Assembly (NCBI GenBank): GCA_958296055.1
Contig: CATQHS010000001.1
Coordinates: 1,396,277-1,460,276, forward strand
Origin: an uncultured Acidimicrobiales bacterium
GTDB taxonomy: Bacteria > Actinomycetota > Acidimicrobiia > Acidimicrobiales > Aldehydirespiratoraceae
DNA length: 64,000 bases
Direction of reading: 5' to 3'
In this document: piece by piece, positions 63,909 to 64,000 of the stretch
How positions within the stretch are numbered: the stretch's first letter is position 1
Layout of the letters: every line of letters begins with the position of its first letter
Program-made: the position numbers and the translations under genes
The notes under the pieces: generated by a model
Databases searched by the model: none
The model's input: the letters and a program-made list of their open reading frames with translations, nothing else
What the model was told of the DNA's origin: nothing

Positions 63909-64000
63909 AGCACCGACCTTGACAAGGCTCGATTTCTATAGAGGTGAATTTCAGTCGCGGAGGCGGTCGATGGCCTTTTGGAGGTCGCGGCTGTAGGGCT

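Noticed and set aside
63957-64000. The 3' end of a minus-strand gene at the right window edge (..PYSRDLQKAIDRLRD, then stop).
   Set aside because: Only 14 codons are visible. That is too short to call a product or even to be sure it is coding.

Overview
This is a high-G+C chromosomal segment (roughly 70% by eye, not computed) that looks like Actinomycetota: many GTG/TTG starts, 4-nt start/stop overlaps, apparently leaderless genes and an F420 gene (cofC). I support about 60 protein-coding genes, one tRNA-Tyr, and three to four decayed gene remnants.

**Housekeeping content**
- rnhB, gpsA, cofC, a P-type ATPase, yajQ, htpX and acs.
- A bioA-bioF-bioD operon.
- A B12-dependent acyl-CoA mutase operon with meaB.

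**Transport and catabolism blocks**
- 33.5-48.8 kb: an NMT1/THI5-type ABC importer, a two-subunit Rieske oxygenase, a PhyH dioxygenase, an enolase-superfamily enzyme, an aldo/keto reductase, a PanB-like enzyme, two amidohydrolases and a second Rieske oxygenase.
- 52.3-63.9 kb: a sugar-type ABC transporter, a LacI regulator, a Gfo/Idh/MocA oxidoreductase, an MlrC/M81 peptidase, and VOC, SDR and lyase genes.

**Accessory material**
- Three VapBC-type (Phd/YefM antitoxin + PIN toxin) modules.
- Several visibly lower-G+C islets. No integrase, transposase, CRISPR array or rRNA was seen.

**Best candidate for an undescribed system**
A low-G+C two-gene islet at 30.7-32.6 kb sits directly beside a VapBC module. 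It encodes an ABC-type (AAA_21-like) ATPase and a DUF4276-like protein with Toprim-type acidic motifs. This is the same architecture as OLD, PARIS, AbiL and Gabija.

**Secondary candidates**
- A DUF4268/nuclease-like plus Orc1/Cdc6-like ATPase pair at 2.8-5.1 kb.
- A PemK/MazF-like fusion protein at 48.9 kb.

**Operator families read directly from the sequence**
- TGGAATCGATTACA (LacI-type).
- AACTTTGACC-NN-ATCAAAC (TTTGA-N5-TCAAA).

All family assignments come from motif recognition by eye. No searches were run.
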